DNA of 64,000 bases from Candidatus Ozemobacteraceae bacterium (GTDB lineage Bacteria > Muiribacteriota > Ozemobacteria > Ozemobacterales > Ozemobacteraceae), in assembly GCA_965140445.1 (NCBI GenBank), contig OZ223236.1, positions 4,128,001-4,192,000 on the forward strand, written 5' to 3'. The position numbers were made by a program, and so were the translations under genes. The notes below the pieces were generated by a model. It was not told the origin of the DNA and made no database searches. It worked only from the letters and a program-made list of their open reading frames with translations. Positions 38,466 to 47,228 of the stretch are shown piece after piece; the first letter of the stretch is position 1, and every line of letters starts with the position of its first letter.

Positions 38466-40403
38466 TTAAAGTTTTTTATTATGCTCACATGATAGGACTT
38501 TTTTTACAACCGCACAAACGGTATCACAGCTCAAATCATGTTTAAGTGTCATGGTTTTAAAGTCTCTTGCAGACTGAAGGTAGTGTTTTACGCCAATTCT
38601 TACCGGGCTTTTAAATCCAATTGAAGAAATGAAGCTTCCCAGGCCACCCTCTCTACGATGGCTTTCAAGAGTAAAAACTTTTTTTGCTTTTTCTAACATC
38701 TTTTTAATCAAATTTTTCCGATCTGAAAAGTGTGAAATAGCAGCAATTGAGATGCTAATACCTTGTTCCATAAGCGTTTTTTGTGAGTCTAGTGCTGTTT
38801 TAAGCATGTGCGGTCCTGCTGTAACGAGCAAATTCTCTCTCGAATCATTTTCAGTTGAATCGTAAAAAATGGGGGTATCCGGTTCAAAAAAATCATAATT
38901 GCTAAGTTGTTCAGACAACGGCGTTCTATGAAGCCTTATATACGCAGGAGTAGCTTTCCCACTGGCCTCTACTTCATTCTTCATCCTACCAATAATATAC
39001 TCGAGTATTTTTTCTGATTGCTCTGGTGATATGGGTTCAAAAACTTCAATATTACCTAGAGCTCTCATAAGACCAATATCATTCACAGACTGGTGACTTT
39101 TCCCGTCAGTAAAATAATCAACCCCTGCATAGTGACCGGCAAAAATAACTGGAACCTTTTCAGTTATGCAGCAATAAATTTGATCAATAGCTCTTTTAAA
39201 AAATGATGCGTAAGTATTTACAATGGCAATTCCACCATTTAGACCAATACCATTAGCTATGGAGCACATGTCCTGCTCACTAATTCCTACTTCCAGAAAA
39301 CGATCGGGAAACTCTTCGGCAAGGCTGGTTAAGCGGCATGATTTTTCAAGATCTGCATCTAAGAAGTAAAGTTCAGAAGCTTGATGTCCAAGCTTTTTTA
39401 AAGACTCACCAAAGGCTTGTCCCGTTGATTGCAGAGCGTTTTTTTCTGACTCAGCAGTTGGACAACCATCAACTGTTTCAGGTTTGAAATCCGAACAATA
39501 ATTCGAGAAAAGACTTGAAAGTTCTTCATCATTGCAGCGATCAACAAGTTCAGACAGAACTTCTAAATACTGCTTATCGTCTGGAATAGCTCCATGCCAA
39601 ATTCCACACCTTCTTGGGGTTTCTGGAGACATTTGAGTCAAAGAGGTTCCTGCGCCTTTAATGGTGTTAGAGATAATAACCGTTGGAACTCTGGATTTTA
39701 AAATTGAGTTAACTGCAGATGAAATTTCGCCAACATTATGCCCGTCAACTTCTAAAACATTTGCCCCAATCCCTTCAAAGACCTTAGCCCAGCTTTCAGC
39801 GTCTTTAATGTCTTTTGTTGAGCTATCAGACTGGAGACCGTTTCGGTCAATTATCGGGATGCATTCGTACATCCCCCATTTTCGCCAGGTTAAAAACGAT
39901 TCAAAGAGTTGTCCTTCCTGGAGCTCGCCATCACCAATTAAAACAAAAACTGGATGATTTCTATTTCTACTTCGGTTCATTACAGAAATTCCAAGGCCCT
40001 TAGATAGTCCCTGCCCCAGAGACCCACTATCAGCATCCACACCTGAAACGGCTCTATCAGAGTGTGCTGGCAACTTTCCAAATTGTTTGTACCCTAATAA
40101 GTCAGAGACGGGAAAACACTCTTTGCCTGCAAGAACAGCATAATGCGCCATGGCAGCATGCCCCTTTGAAAGAACTACGGCAGGTCTGTCAGTTAGAGTT
40201 TTAGAAACATCATCAATAAACTGGTTATAAATGGTTGTCAGAATTTCCATAGAAGAGAAACTTGCTCCCAACCAACCATGATTAGCCTCTTTTAGTCCAG
40301 CAAGACAATTAATTCGATTCAAATCTGATAGTTTTTGTAAATCAGTATGGTCACCAGAGGAGTATTTTTTGAGAATTTCAATTGGAACCAGGAACTTTTT
40401 CAT
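38466..40403 (-). CDS. Transketolase-family ThDP-dependent enzyme (single chain, divergent)
   Basis: SKGHA, SGSLGQG, ThDP motif GDGELQEG...DRN, VDGHN, EVGISEQ, DGKSHQ, YIRLHR. Confidence 0.85.
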   Translation of the reverse strand: MKKFLVPIEILKKYSSGDHTDLQKLSDLNRINCLAGLKEANHGWLGASFSSMEILTTIYNQFIDDVSKTLTDRPAVVLSKGHAAMAHYAVLAGKECFPVSDLLGYKQFGKLPAHSDRAVSGVDADSGSLGQGLSKGLGISVMNRSRNRNHPVFVLIGDGELQEGQLFESFLTWRKWGMYECIPIIDRNGLQSDSSTKDIKDAESWAKVFEGIGANVLEVDGHNVGEISSAVNSILKSRVPTVIISNTIKGAGTSLTQMSPETPRRCGIWHGAIPDDKQYLEVLSELVDRCNDEELSSLFSNYCSDFKPETVDGCPTAESEKNALQSTGQAFGESLKKLGHQASELYFLDADLEKSCRLTSLAEEFPDRFLEVGISEQDMCSIANGIGLNGGIAIVNTYASFFKRAIDQIYCCITEKVPVIFAGHYAGVDYFTDGKSHQSVNDIGLMRALGNIEVFEPISPEQSEKILEYIIGRMKNEVEASGKATPAYIRLHRTPLSEQLSNYDFFEPDTPIFYDSTENDSRENLLVTAGPHMLKTALDSQKTLMEQGISISIAAISHFSDRKNLIKKMLEKAKKVFTLESHRREGGLGSFISSIGFKSPVRIGVKHYLQSARDFKTMTLKHDLSCDTVCAVVKKVLSCEHNKKL

Positions 40404-40549
40404 GACTTTTTCCTCTTTTAGTTTTCGTTATTCTATCAGTAAAATAAAGGTTTTAGAACAAATTTAAGCCAGGATTATTATTAAATAAACCTGAAGCTCA
40501 AGCAATTTTCTGTATACTCTTAACAAATAAAATCAAAGGGGTAATTATA

Positions 40550-40756
40550 ATGAACGGATGGCACTGCATGAAATGTCAAAACCAAACATTTGATCAAGGT
40601 GAAATGAGAGCAACGGGCGGATTCTTTTCCAAGCTGTTTGATATTCAAACAAACAAATTTACCACAGTAACCTGCAAGAACTGTGGTTTTACTGAACTTT
40701 ATAAAAGATCGAGCAGTATGGCTGGCAATGTACTTGATTTTTTGGTTGGTAAATAA
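40550..40756 (+). CDS. Zinc-ribbon domain protein (DUF2082-like)
   Basis: CMKC...ATGGFFSKLFDIQ...CKNCGFTELY. Confidence 0.85.
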   Translation: MNGWHCMKCQNQTFDQGEMRATGGFFSKLFDIQTNKFTTVTCKNCGFTELYKRSSSMAGNVLDFLVGK

Positions 40757-40763
40757 TTGAGAT

Positions 40764-41111
40764 TTACATACTAATTATTTTGTAACCTTGTTCTAGCCAG
40801 GTTGAAAAAGCAGGATGCCCTGACATTTCTCCTAATATTGTCAGGCCCTGTTTTTCGGCTTCCTTGATGGTGCCCATCTTTGTAGCACAAGCCTTACAAA
40901 TTCCGGCAAGAATACCTTTTTCCTTAATTTCTCTGTATTGTGATGAGAATGGTGTATCAGATTCTTTAAGTTTTTCTATTAGAGCTGTTGCGGAGCCTTC
41001 AATGATGAGCTTAACATCGAAGCCCTTTTTATTTAACTCAAGAGCATTTAGTAAAGCGTGGGCAAAACACATCAATTCTCCCTGAAAGGCAAAAATAGCT
41101 ATTTTTTCCAT
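40764..41111 (-). CDS. DsrE-like family protein
   Basis: CFAHALLNA, LIIEGSA, CKACA, MSGHP. Confidence 0.8.
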   Translation of the reverse strand: MEKIAIFAFQGELMCFAHALLNALELNKKGFDVKLIIEGSATALIEKLKESDTPFSSQYREIKEKGILAGICKACATKMGTIKEAEKQGLTILGEMSGHPAFSTWLEQGYKIISM

Positions 41112-41225
41112 GAGTAACTTCTCCAGTATTTTTTTGTAATAATATCATAATGTCATAAATTCAACTGAATTTGAAACCTTTGCGTATTTATGGTACTAAG
41201 TTAAATCACTTTATCCGGAGCACAA

Positions 41226-41558
41226 ATGAGCAATTTCAAAAGTAAAGAACTGTTTCGCGAATTTCTCTCGGTAATGTATATGATCGAAATCTATTGCTCG
41301 TGGAAACACCAGGAATCTACAAATCCTTGCTCTGATTGCCTTGATCTCATTGAATATGCAAAAAACAGGCTTACGAAATGCCCTTTTCAAGATAGCAAAC
41401 CAGCTTGCCGAAACTGTAAGATTCATTGCTATCAAGAACCCTATAAATCAAAAATAAAGCAGGTTATGAGGTTTTCCGGCCCATTAATGCTTTTTTATCA
41501 TCCTATTCTTGCGGTAAAGCATCTAGTAAAAGAATTTAAAAAGCCAGTCCCCAGATAA
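41226..41558 (+). CDS. YgbA / nitrous-oxide-stimulated-promoter family Cys-rich protein
   Basis: MIEIYC...CSDC...YAKNRLTKCP...CRNCKIHCY...VMRFSGPLML..HP. Confidence 0.88.
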   Translation: MSNFKSKELFREFLSVMYMIEIYCSWKHQESTNPCSDCLDLIEYAKNRLTKCPFQDSKPACRNCKIHCYQEPYKSKIKQVMRFSGPLMLFYHPILAVKHLVKEFKKPVPR

Positions 41559-41628
41559 CCGCCATATATTCTCCCTGTCCTTTCTAAATCTAAAATCCTA
41601 GCCAAAACAAAAGAGCGCAAATTTCTTA

Positions 41629-42990
41629 ATGAAAAGTAAAGTTGATCTAACTCAGGGGCCAGTTTTCCCCGCAATTTTAAAAATGACCTTACCCATGATG
41701 GTTGGAATGGTTGGGATGGTCGCCTTTAATCTGGTAGACACCTACTTCGTAGGTCAGCTAGGCACAGAAGCACTGGCAGCAATGGGTTTTACCCTTCCCG
41801 TTGTCATGATGCAGGGTGCAATTTCTATGGGGCTTGGAGTCGGCGCTTCTGCCGTGATTTCAAGAGCAATTGGAAGAAACGATTCCGAGCAGGTAAAAAG
41901 GCTCACAACTGACGCATTAATTCTTTCTTTTTTGATTGTGATTGTATTTGTTGTGTTTGGTCTTTTAACCATTGATCCTTTGTTCTCTGCGCTTGGAGCG
42001 AGCAAAGCCAACCTTGTTTTAATAAAAAAATACATGCATATCTGGTATTTTGGGGTGGCATGCGTTGTAATCCCAATGGTCGGTAATAACGCTATAAGGG
42101 CAGCGGGAAATACCGTAATTCCAAGCATAGTTATGCTAACTGCAATTTTCCTAAATGTGGTTCTTGATCCATTACTAATTTTTGGCTACGGCCCTTTTCC
42201 AAGACTAGAACTGGAAGGGGCTGCTATAGCAACAGTTATAGCGAGATCTGTAACTCTGGTCGTATCGCTTCTCTTCCTCCATTTTAAATTCAACATGTTA
42301 ACTTTCAAATTTGAGGGAATAAATAAAACGATCGATTCATGGATGAAAGTCATTTTCATTGGCGTCCCGGCTGCATTCACCCAGGTTTTGATTCCACTCT
42401 CAATGGGATTTATAACTAAACTGATCTCAGCAGAAGGAAACTCTGCTGTAGCCGCATTTGGCGTTTGCAGCAGATTAGAAATGTTTGTATTGTCTCCATT
42501 AATCTCTCTGGGCGCAGTAATTACGCCATTTACAGGACAAAACTTTGGAGCAGGAAAAATAGACAGGATAAAAACCGGATTAAAATACAGCTCGATATTT
42601 TCACTAATTTTAGGAGTTTGTATCTGGGTTTTATTCTATTTCTACGGCGAACTATTTGGCAGTTTTTTCAATGATTCAAAAGAGGTTTCAGTGATTGTAG
42701 GATTATATTTTTTATACGTGGCCGTATCTTATGGATTTCATGGTCTCTCAATGCTTATAGCATCAATATTTAATGCTTTGAACAAACCCTTTGCCGCTTT
42801 AGCAGTTAACTTTATAAAGCTAATTGTGCTCTTAATCCCGCTTTGCTACTGGGGAGAACATCATCTGGGATTAAAGGGAGTGTTTTTGGGAATCACTATC
42901 TCTTATGCCTTATCAGGTATTGGAGCATGGTTTTTCATTCAACATTTCTTAAAAAAACTGAACCTTCCAGTTGAAAACAAAAACGTTTAA
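41629..42990 (+). CDS. MATE family efflux transporter
   Basis: About 12 TM segments; NLVDTYFVGQLG, NVVLDPLLIFG, GAAIAT, GQNFGAG. Confidence 0.93.
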   Translation: MKSKVDLTQGPVFPAILKMTLPMMVGMVGMVAFNLVDTYFVGQLGTEALAAMGFTLPVVMMQGAISMGLGVGASAVISRAIGRNDSEQVKRLTTDALILSFLIVIVFVVFGLLTIDPLFSALGASKANLVLIKKYMHIWYFGVACVVIPMVGNNAIRAAGNTVIPSIVMLTAIFLNVVLDPLLIFGYGPFPRLELEGAAIATVIARSVTLVVSLLFLHFKFNMLTFKFEGINKTIDSWMKVIFIGVPAAFTQVLIPLSMGFITKLISAEGNSAVAAFGVCSRLEMFVLSPLISLGAVITPFTGQNFGAGKIDRIKTGLKYSSIFSLILGVCIWVLFYFYGELFGSFFNDSKEVSVIVGLYFLYVAVSYGFHGLSMLIASIFNALNKPFAALAVNFIKLIVLLIPLCYWGEHHLGLKGVFLGITISYALSGIGAWFFIQHFLKKLNLPVENKNV

Positions 42991-43084
42991 AAAATAAAAA
43001 GCTCTGTTTCCTGATCTTTCAATTATATTCTCCATGACTTTAAAGAGAGATCAATTGAAAACCTCCTTTTGGTAAAATTTCCAT

Positions 43085-43125
43085 AAAAAAACGACTTCAG
43101 AGAAATTCACTCTGAAGCCGTTTTT
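43085..43125. terminator. Bidirectional intrinsic terminator
   Basis: AAAAAACGACTTCAGAG...CTCTGAAGCCGTTTTT. Confidence 0.85.
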
Positions 43126-43140
43126 ATTATTAGTTATTTC

Positions 43141-44940
43141 TTATTTATCAGCCAATTTATTGAACTTCATTACTTCATTTACCATTTTGAAGGCATCAGA
43201 AGATTTGAGTATTCTACTTGAAATCATGTAATCGCTGATCATTTTCAAAATGTCTTTATTTTGTCTAACAGCCGTAATCTGCTGCTTCAGCTGAGCTCTA
43301 AGCTCTTCTTCACTTTTCTTCAGGAAATCATTGTAGCTTTCTTTCTTGCCAAAAATTTTGGCAAATAAACCGCCGCTTCTTTCTGCCAAAGCTTTAAGAG
43401 TTGCCTCATATTTCTTGAGCTCAACAACCTTGCTTCCAGAAATCATGAATACTCTTTCATAACCATTAGGCTCTTCTGGGGTATAAAAATATTTGCGGCT
43501 ATAGCTTAGTTCCAGCTTATTATTACCGAAACTAGCAGGAATCTGAATCACAGAACCAGCTCTAACTTTTACAACTTTTCCGTTCAACTTTACCTGTAAC
43601 TTCGAAGGTTGGATTTTCTTACCTTCATGGTTCAAAAATCTTACAACGATTTCATTTTTTCCGGGTCTTACATCGGCGATAATTCTGTGTGGGAAAACGA
43701 TTCCCTGGTAAAAGAATTTTACTGGAAATGCTCTAAGTCTTGGACCATAAAAACTATCTTCAAGATAATCTCTTTTGTTCTTACCAAATGTTTCATAATA
43801 AAGAACTACGGGCTCACCTTTTAAAACACCAGTCCCAACGATATTAACAGCATGAACACCCTGAACTGTTAAAGAAACCTTATCTTTAAAAAGTCTTGAA
43901 GTATGCTGGGCATACATAATTCCATAGCGCTGTAAATCTTGTTTAATTTTTTCTACCTTGCCGTTGCACTTGTTAAAGGAATTCATAAAAGGAAGATCCA
44001 TTCCAAAAGCATTGGCTGGGATTTTATGGGTAAGTTGCTTTTTCAATGGGTCTTTGAAGCTTTTGGGGGCATCAATTGAACTCATTATATAAGCGTAATT
44101 TTTAGGTGAATAAGGAATCTTTTCGCCAGTAACTCTGTCCAGGCCAGTTTCTTTGATAAAAGCATACGGGCACTTAGGAAAATTGAAATACAGGCTTTCA
44201 ACGATTCTTGGGTTCATTCCAAATTCTCTTGCACCATTTACAAATGAATCATACTTACCAAGTTTGTTTCCCTGAGCAATATTCCACCAGTCACTTGCCA
44301 AAGACGCTGCATAAGAGAGACATTTGGATGAAGCTGTTCGTCTACCAAGAGTAGATTTAAGACCATTTTTGCTTGTGTATTCTTCTCTTTCCTCCTGGGT
44401 TTTAGAAGGAAGCATATCGATATAATCAATAATGAAAGCATTCTGTAGATCACTAAGCTCAACAGGAGTTCCGGCTGAATAATTATCCTGAATTGGAACA
44501 AGCTCTTTTAATTCTTCGAGCTCGTTGGCTTTTTTTGCTGAATTCCATTTTTGCGCGTCAACTTTGAATAGAGGTGTTCCTGTTTTATCCCATATAAGAT
44601 AAGAAAGAACCTGTTTTCCATCAGAAGAAACCTGGAAAAAGCCACCTATCTGCTTTTCTGAAAGCTTGAGTGGAACCAGAATTTTAGCAGCTTTTTCGCC
44701 GATAAACATGGTTTTTGGCTCAGCAACTTCGGGATATTTTTTTAGAACTTTTAATAATTCACGATAAAAATCTGTGTATCTTCCAAGATTTCGTGCAAAC
44801 TCTGATTTGCCAGCCAAAGCCGATTTAATCTCAGTTTTAACAGTATTTAAAGCCGTTTGTTCTGTTGCGGTCATTGCAAAACTGCAAGTGGCAACCACAG
44901 CAAACATTAGAATCAGACAACAATATCTAATTGCTTTCAA
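43141..44940 (-). CDS. Secreted hypothetical protein, candidate papain-fold cysteine peptidase
   Basis: Signal peptide; SSKCLSYAAS, GVHAVNIVGTG, LYYETFG; TTG start with GGGGG SD. Confidence 0.6.
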   Translation of the reverse strand: MKAIRYCCLILMFAVVATCSFAMTATEQTALNTVKTEIKSALAGKSEFARNLGRYTDFYRELLKVLKKYPEVAEPKTMFIGEKAAKILVPLKLSEKQIGGFFQVSSDGKQVLSYLIWDKTGTPLFKVDAQKWNSAKKANELEELKELVPIQDNYSAGTPVELSDLQNAFIIDYIDMLPSKTQEEREEYTSKNGLKSTLGRRTASSKCLSYAASLASDWWNIAQGNKLGKYDSFVNGAREFGMNPRIVESLYFNFPKCPYAFIKETGLDRVTGEKIPYSPKNYAYIMSSIDAPKSFKDPLKKQLTHKIPANAFGMDLPFMNSFNKCNGKVEKIKQDLQRYGIMYAQHTSRLFKDKVSLTVQGVHAVNIVGTGVLKGEPVVLYYETFGKNKRDYLEDSFYGPRLRAFPVKFFYQGIVFPHRIIADVRPGKNEIVVRFLNHEGKKIQPSKLQVKLNGKVVKVRAGSVIQIPASFGNNKLELSYSRKYFYTPEEPNGYERVFMISGSKVVELKKYEATLKALAERSGGLFAKIFGKKESYNDFLKKSEEELRAQLKQQITAVRQNKDILKMISDYMISSRILKSSDAFKMVNEVMKFNKLADK

Positions 44941-44971
44941 AATGTACCCCCAAAGTTAAAGCTATTTGTTT

Positions 44972-45000
44972 ATTATACTGACAATTTTTTGGATTGCCAA
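44972..45000 (-). promoter_or_regulatory. Sigma70-type promoter of the 599-aa gene
   Basis: Minus strand TTGGCA (45000-44995), 17 nt, TATAAT (44977-44972). Confidence 0.65.
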
Positions 45001-45045
45001 ATCAGTTGAGCTAAATAGTACAACCGGACTCAAAAAGACATGCTT

Positions 45046-46533
45046 TTAATCAAGATATCTGACCAGCTCTTCAAAAGAATCAAATTTAACGGAAAAGAGC
45101 TCTCGTATTGCGCTCCTTTGTGAAGAAGAAACTTCAGATGGTAATGCTTCCAAAAGATCGCTGGTTTCTTTTATCTTATTTATTCCAACATGCTTTAAAG
45201 AAAAGGTTTTCATAGTCCTGTAAAAGTTTTTACTTCCAAGAATCTTCTTTGCTTTCAGCAGAAATAGAGGGAATTTAGTTACCTGTAAATCTTTAGCGCC
45301 TTGAAAGATAATTGGGTCTTTTTCTGGATCAACAGCGTATTCTTCCAAATCTCTTTCTAGTGGGAAATCTTTTCTGTCTCCATCAAAATATCGCTTTAAT
45401 TCAGATAAAACCCTATCTTGCCAAAGCTTCTCGGCCTCTTTTCCTAAGACTTCTCTACAAGCAAGTCCTGACATAACTTCTGGGACCCCCTCGACAAAGC
45501 ACATTATTGGGGAGTTGTTTATCAGAATTCCATACCAATGGTGGGCTATTTCATGAGCAAAGAAAGTAAAAGCCGAAACACTGGCTTTCTCAGGAGATAA
45601 GCTTTGAAAATACTCACAGAAATCTGAAGCTATAACTACAGTTTCAGAGTATTTTCCATAGCCCCACCTGGAAGGAAATAAATCCGAAAAAACAAGTGTT
45701 TGCGATTGATACGGATATGGGAAAAGAACCCGACTGTGATGAGATATAATATCTCCAACCGTTGAAATAAATTTATCTGCTAATTTAATATTTTTTTCAG
45801 GAATAAAAACACCAATCTTAATTCCTGAGACAACTTGTTGAATTAATTTATGATGAGAGCTATAAAAAAGAGAAAAACCACCAGCTCTTAGCCCCTTACC
45901 AATCTTCCACGAGGTTGTATTCACTCCGAATTCTGCTTTTTTACTTATCAATTGCCCAGTAGCAATTGCTTCATAATTATCTGGCAGAGCAATGGTAAGT
46001 TTACAGCCTCTTATATCTTGTGGCTCCTGCATGCGCGGAACCCAAGGGTGCCAATAATCATCCACAACCAATTGGCCAAATCCCTTTGCTAAAGCTGTTC
46101 TTGTAAAACCAGATAGCTTTTCCCCAGTTACGGTTTCATCGCTGCTAACTTTTGCATCTGGTAACTTTCCAGAATAAGATATTTTAAGACGATTTCTCCC
46201 TGGCTTCATTTCTGGAAAAATAATTAAAATCCCTTTTCGTTGAAAAGGGATTTTGCTCCATTGATTGTTTTCGAAGATAAGTGTTTCATCAACTCTTAAT
46301 GTCTTCCATAGGCCAAGAAAAGGTGCTTTGTCGTTGCGCTGTGGAAAAGAAATATCCAAATCTGCGACACCCTTTACAAAAGCCTTTTCCGGGTTTAAAA
46401 CAACTTTAAAATCTGCTCTATTAACCTTATAGGTGCCTGCAAATAAAAGATTCGAAAAGCATAAGAATAAGGCAAAAAACAAAAAAAAGAATTTATTCTT
46501 TGTCAGAATTTTATTAATTTTCATCTGGCACAT
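45046..46533 (-). CDS. Secreted M1-like zinc aminopeptidase
   Basis: Signal peptide; AIATG, PYPY, AHEIAHHWYG followed by FVEG. Confidence 0.78.
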   Translation of the reverse strand: MCQMKINKILTKNKFFFLFFALFLCFSNLLFAGTYKVNRADFKVVLNPEKAFVKGVADLDISFPQRNDKAPFLGLWKTLRVDETLIFENNQWSKIPFQRKGILIIFPEMKPGRNRLKISYSGKLPDAKVSSDETVTGEKLSGFTRTALAKGFGQLVVDDYWHPWVPRMQEPQDIRGCKLTIALPDNYEAIATGQLISKKAEFGVNTTSWKIGKGLRAGGFSLFYSSHHKLIQQVVSGIKIGVFIPEKNIKLADKFISTVGDIISHHSRVLFPYPYQSQTLVFSDLFPSRWGYGKYSETVVIASDFCEYFQSLSPEKASVSAFTFFAHEIAHHWYGILINNSPIMCFVEGVPEVMSGLACREVLGKEAEKLWQDRVLSELKRYFDGDRKDFPLERDLEEYAVDPEKDPIIFQGAKDLQVTKFPLFLLKAKKILGSKNFYRTMKTFSLKHVGINKIKETSDLLEALPSEVSSSQRSAIRELFSVKFDSFEELVRYLD

Positions 46534-46613
46534 CCAAAAAGATTTTATAGAATTTTAACATTTTTTACAAAATCCGTGCAATGCGAAGCGCCCTTCTAAG
46601 AAATAAAAAGAAA

Positions 46614-47228
46614 TTATTGGCACAGACTCAATTGAACAGTGATTTCAACAGCTCGAAGCAACTTTTGCAAACGGGCTTCACGGCCAAGGGGGATTCTATC
46701 TGAAGGTTGTAGTCGCCCAGGAATATGAATAAAACCGCCCTTCATATTCGATTCATTTTCCCAGATATGGTGCATCAGACGATAAAAAACATGATTGCAA
46801 ACAAAAGTGCCAGTTGAATAAGAAATTTCTGAGCTAATATCCTCCTCATGCAGCTGGGTGAGAATATTGTTTACTGGTAAATTTGAGAAAAAGCCATCCG
46901 GAGCTCCCTTTACAATTCTTGAAGACTGCGGCCTATTGCCTTCATTGTCTTTAATTCGAGCATCTTCAAGATTAATGGCAACTTTTTCGATTGAATAACG
47001 GCTGCGACTAAGAGCCTGGCCAAGACACAAGGTAAGATCAGGGTTAAAATCCTCTATGGCTTTTAAAAGCATATCGGAGGACTTTCCAAAAACGGTCGGC
47101 AAAAAAAGCTTTCTTAATTGAATATTCTCTTCTGGAATAAATTCTTTTAAAACAGTTTCAGAAATGTTTGTCTGCTCGCCAGCAAACGGATCGAACGCAG
47201 AAATCAAAACTCGAGGCTTATTGCTCAT
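46614..47228 (-). CDS. pcp: Pyroglutamyl-peptidase I (C15)
   Basis: AFDPFAGE, LGQA, EKVAIN, DNEGNRP, STGTFVCN (Cys), GFIHIP (His). Confidence 0.93.
   Translation of the reverse strand: MSNKPRVLISAFDPFAGEQTNISETVLKEFIPEENIQLRKLFLPTVFGKSSDMLLKAIEDFNPDLTLCLGQALSRSRYSIEKVAINLEDARIKDNEGNRPQSSRIVKGAPDGFFSNLPVNNILTQLHEEDISSEISYSTGTFVCNHVFYRLMHHIWENESNMKGGFIHIPGRLQPSDRIPLGREARLQKLLRAVEITVQLSLCQ

Noticed and set aside
43040..43070. Minus-strand AAAAGGAGGT SD followed by TTG ATC TCT CTT TAA
   Set aside because: Only four codons, located after a terminator with no evident promoter; chance or an unidentifiable gene remnant.
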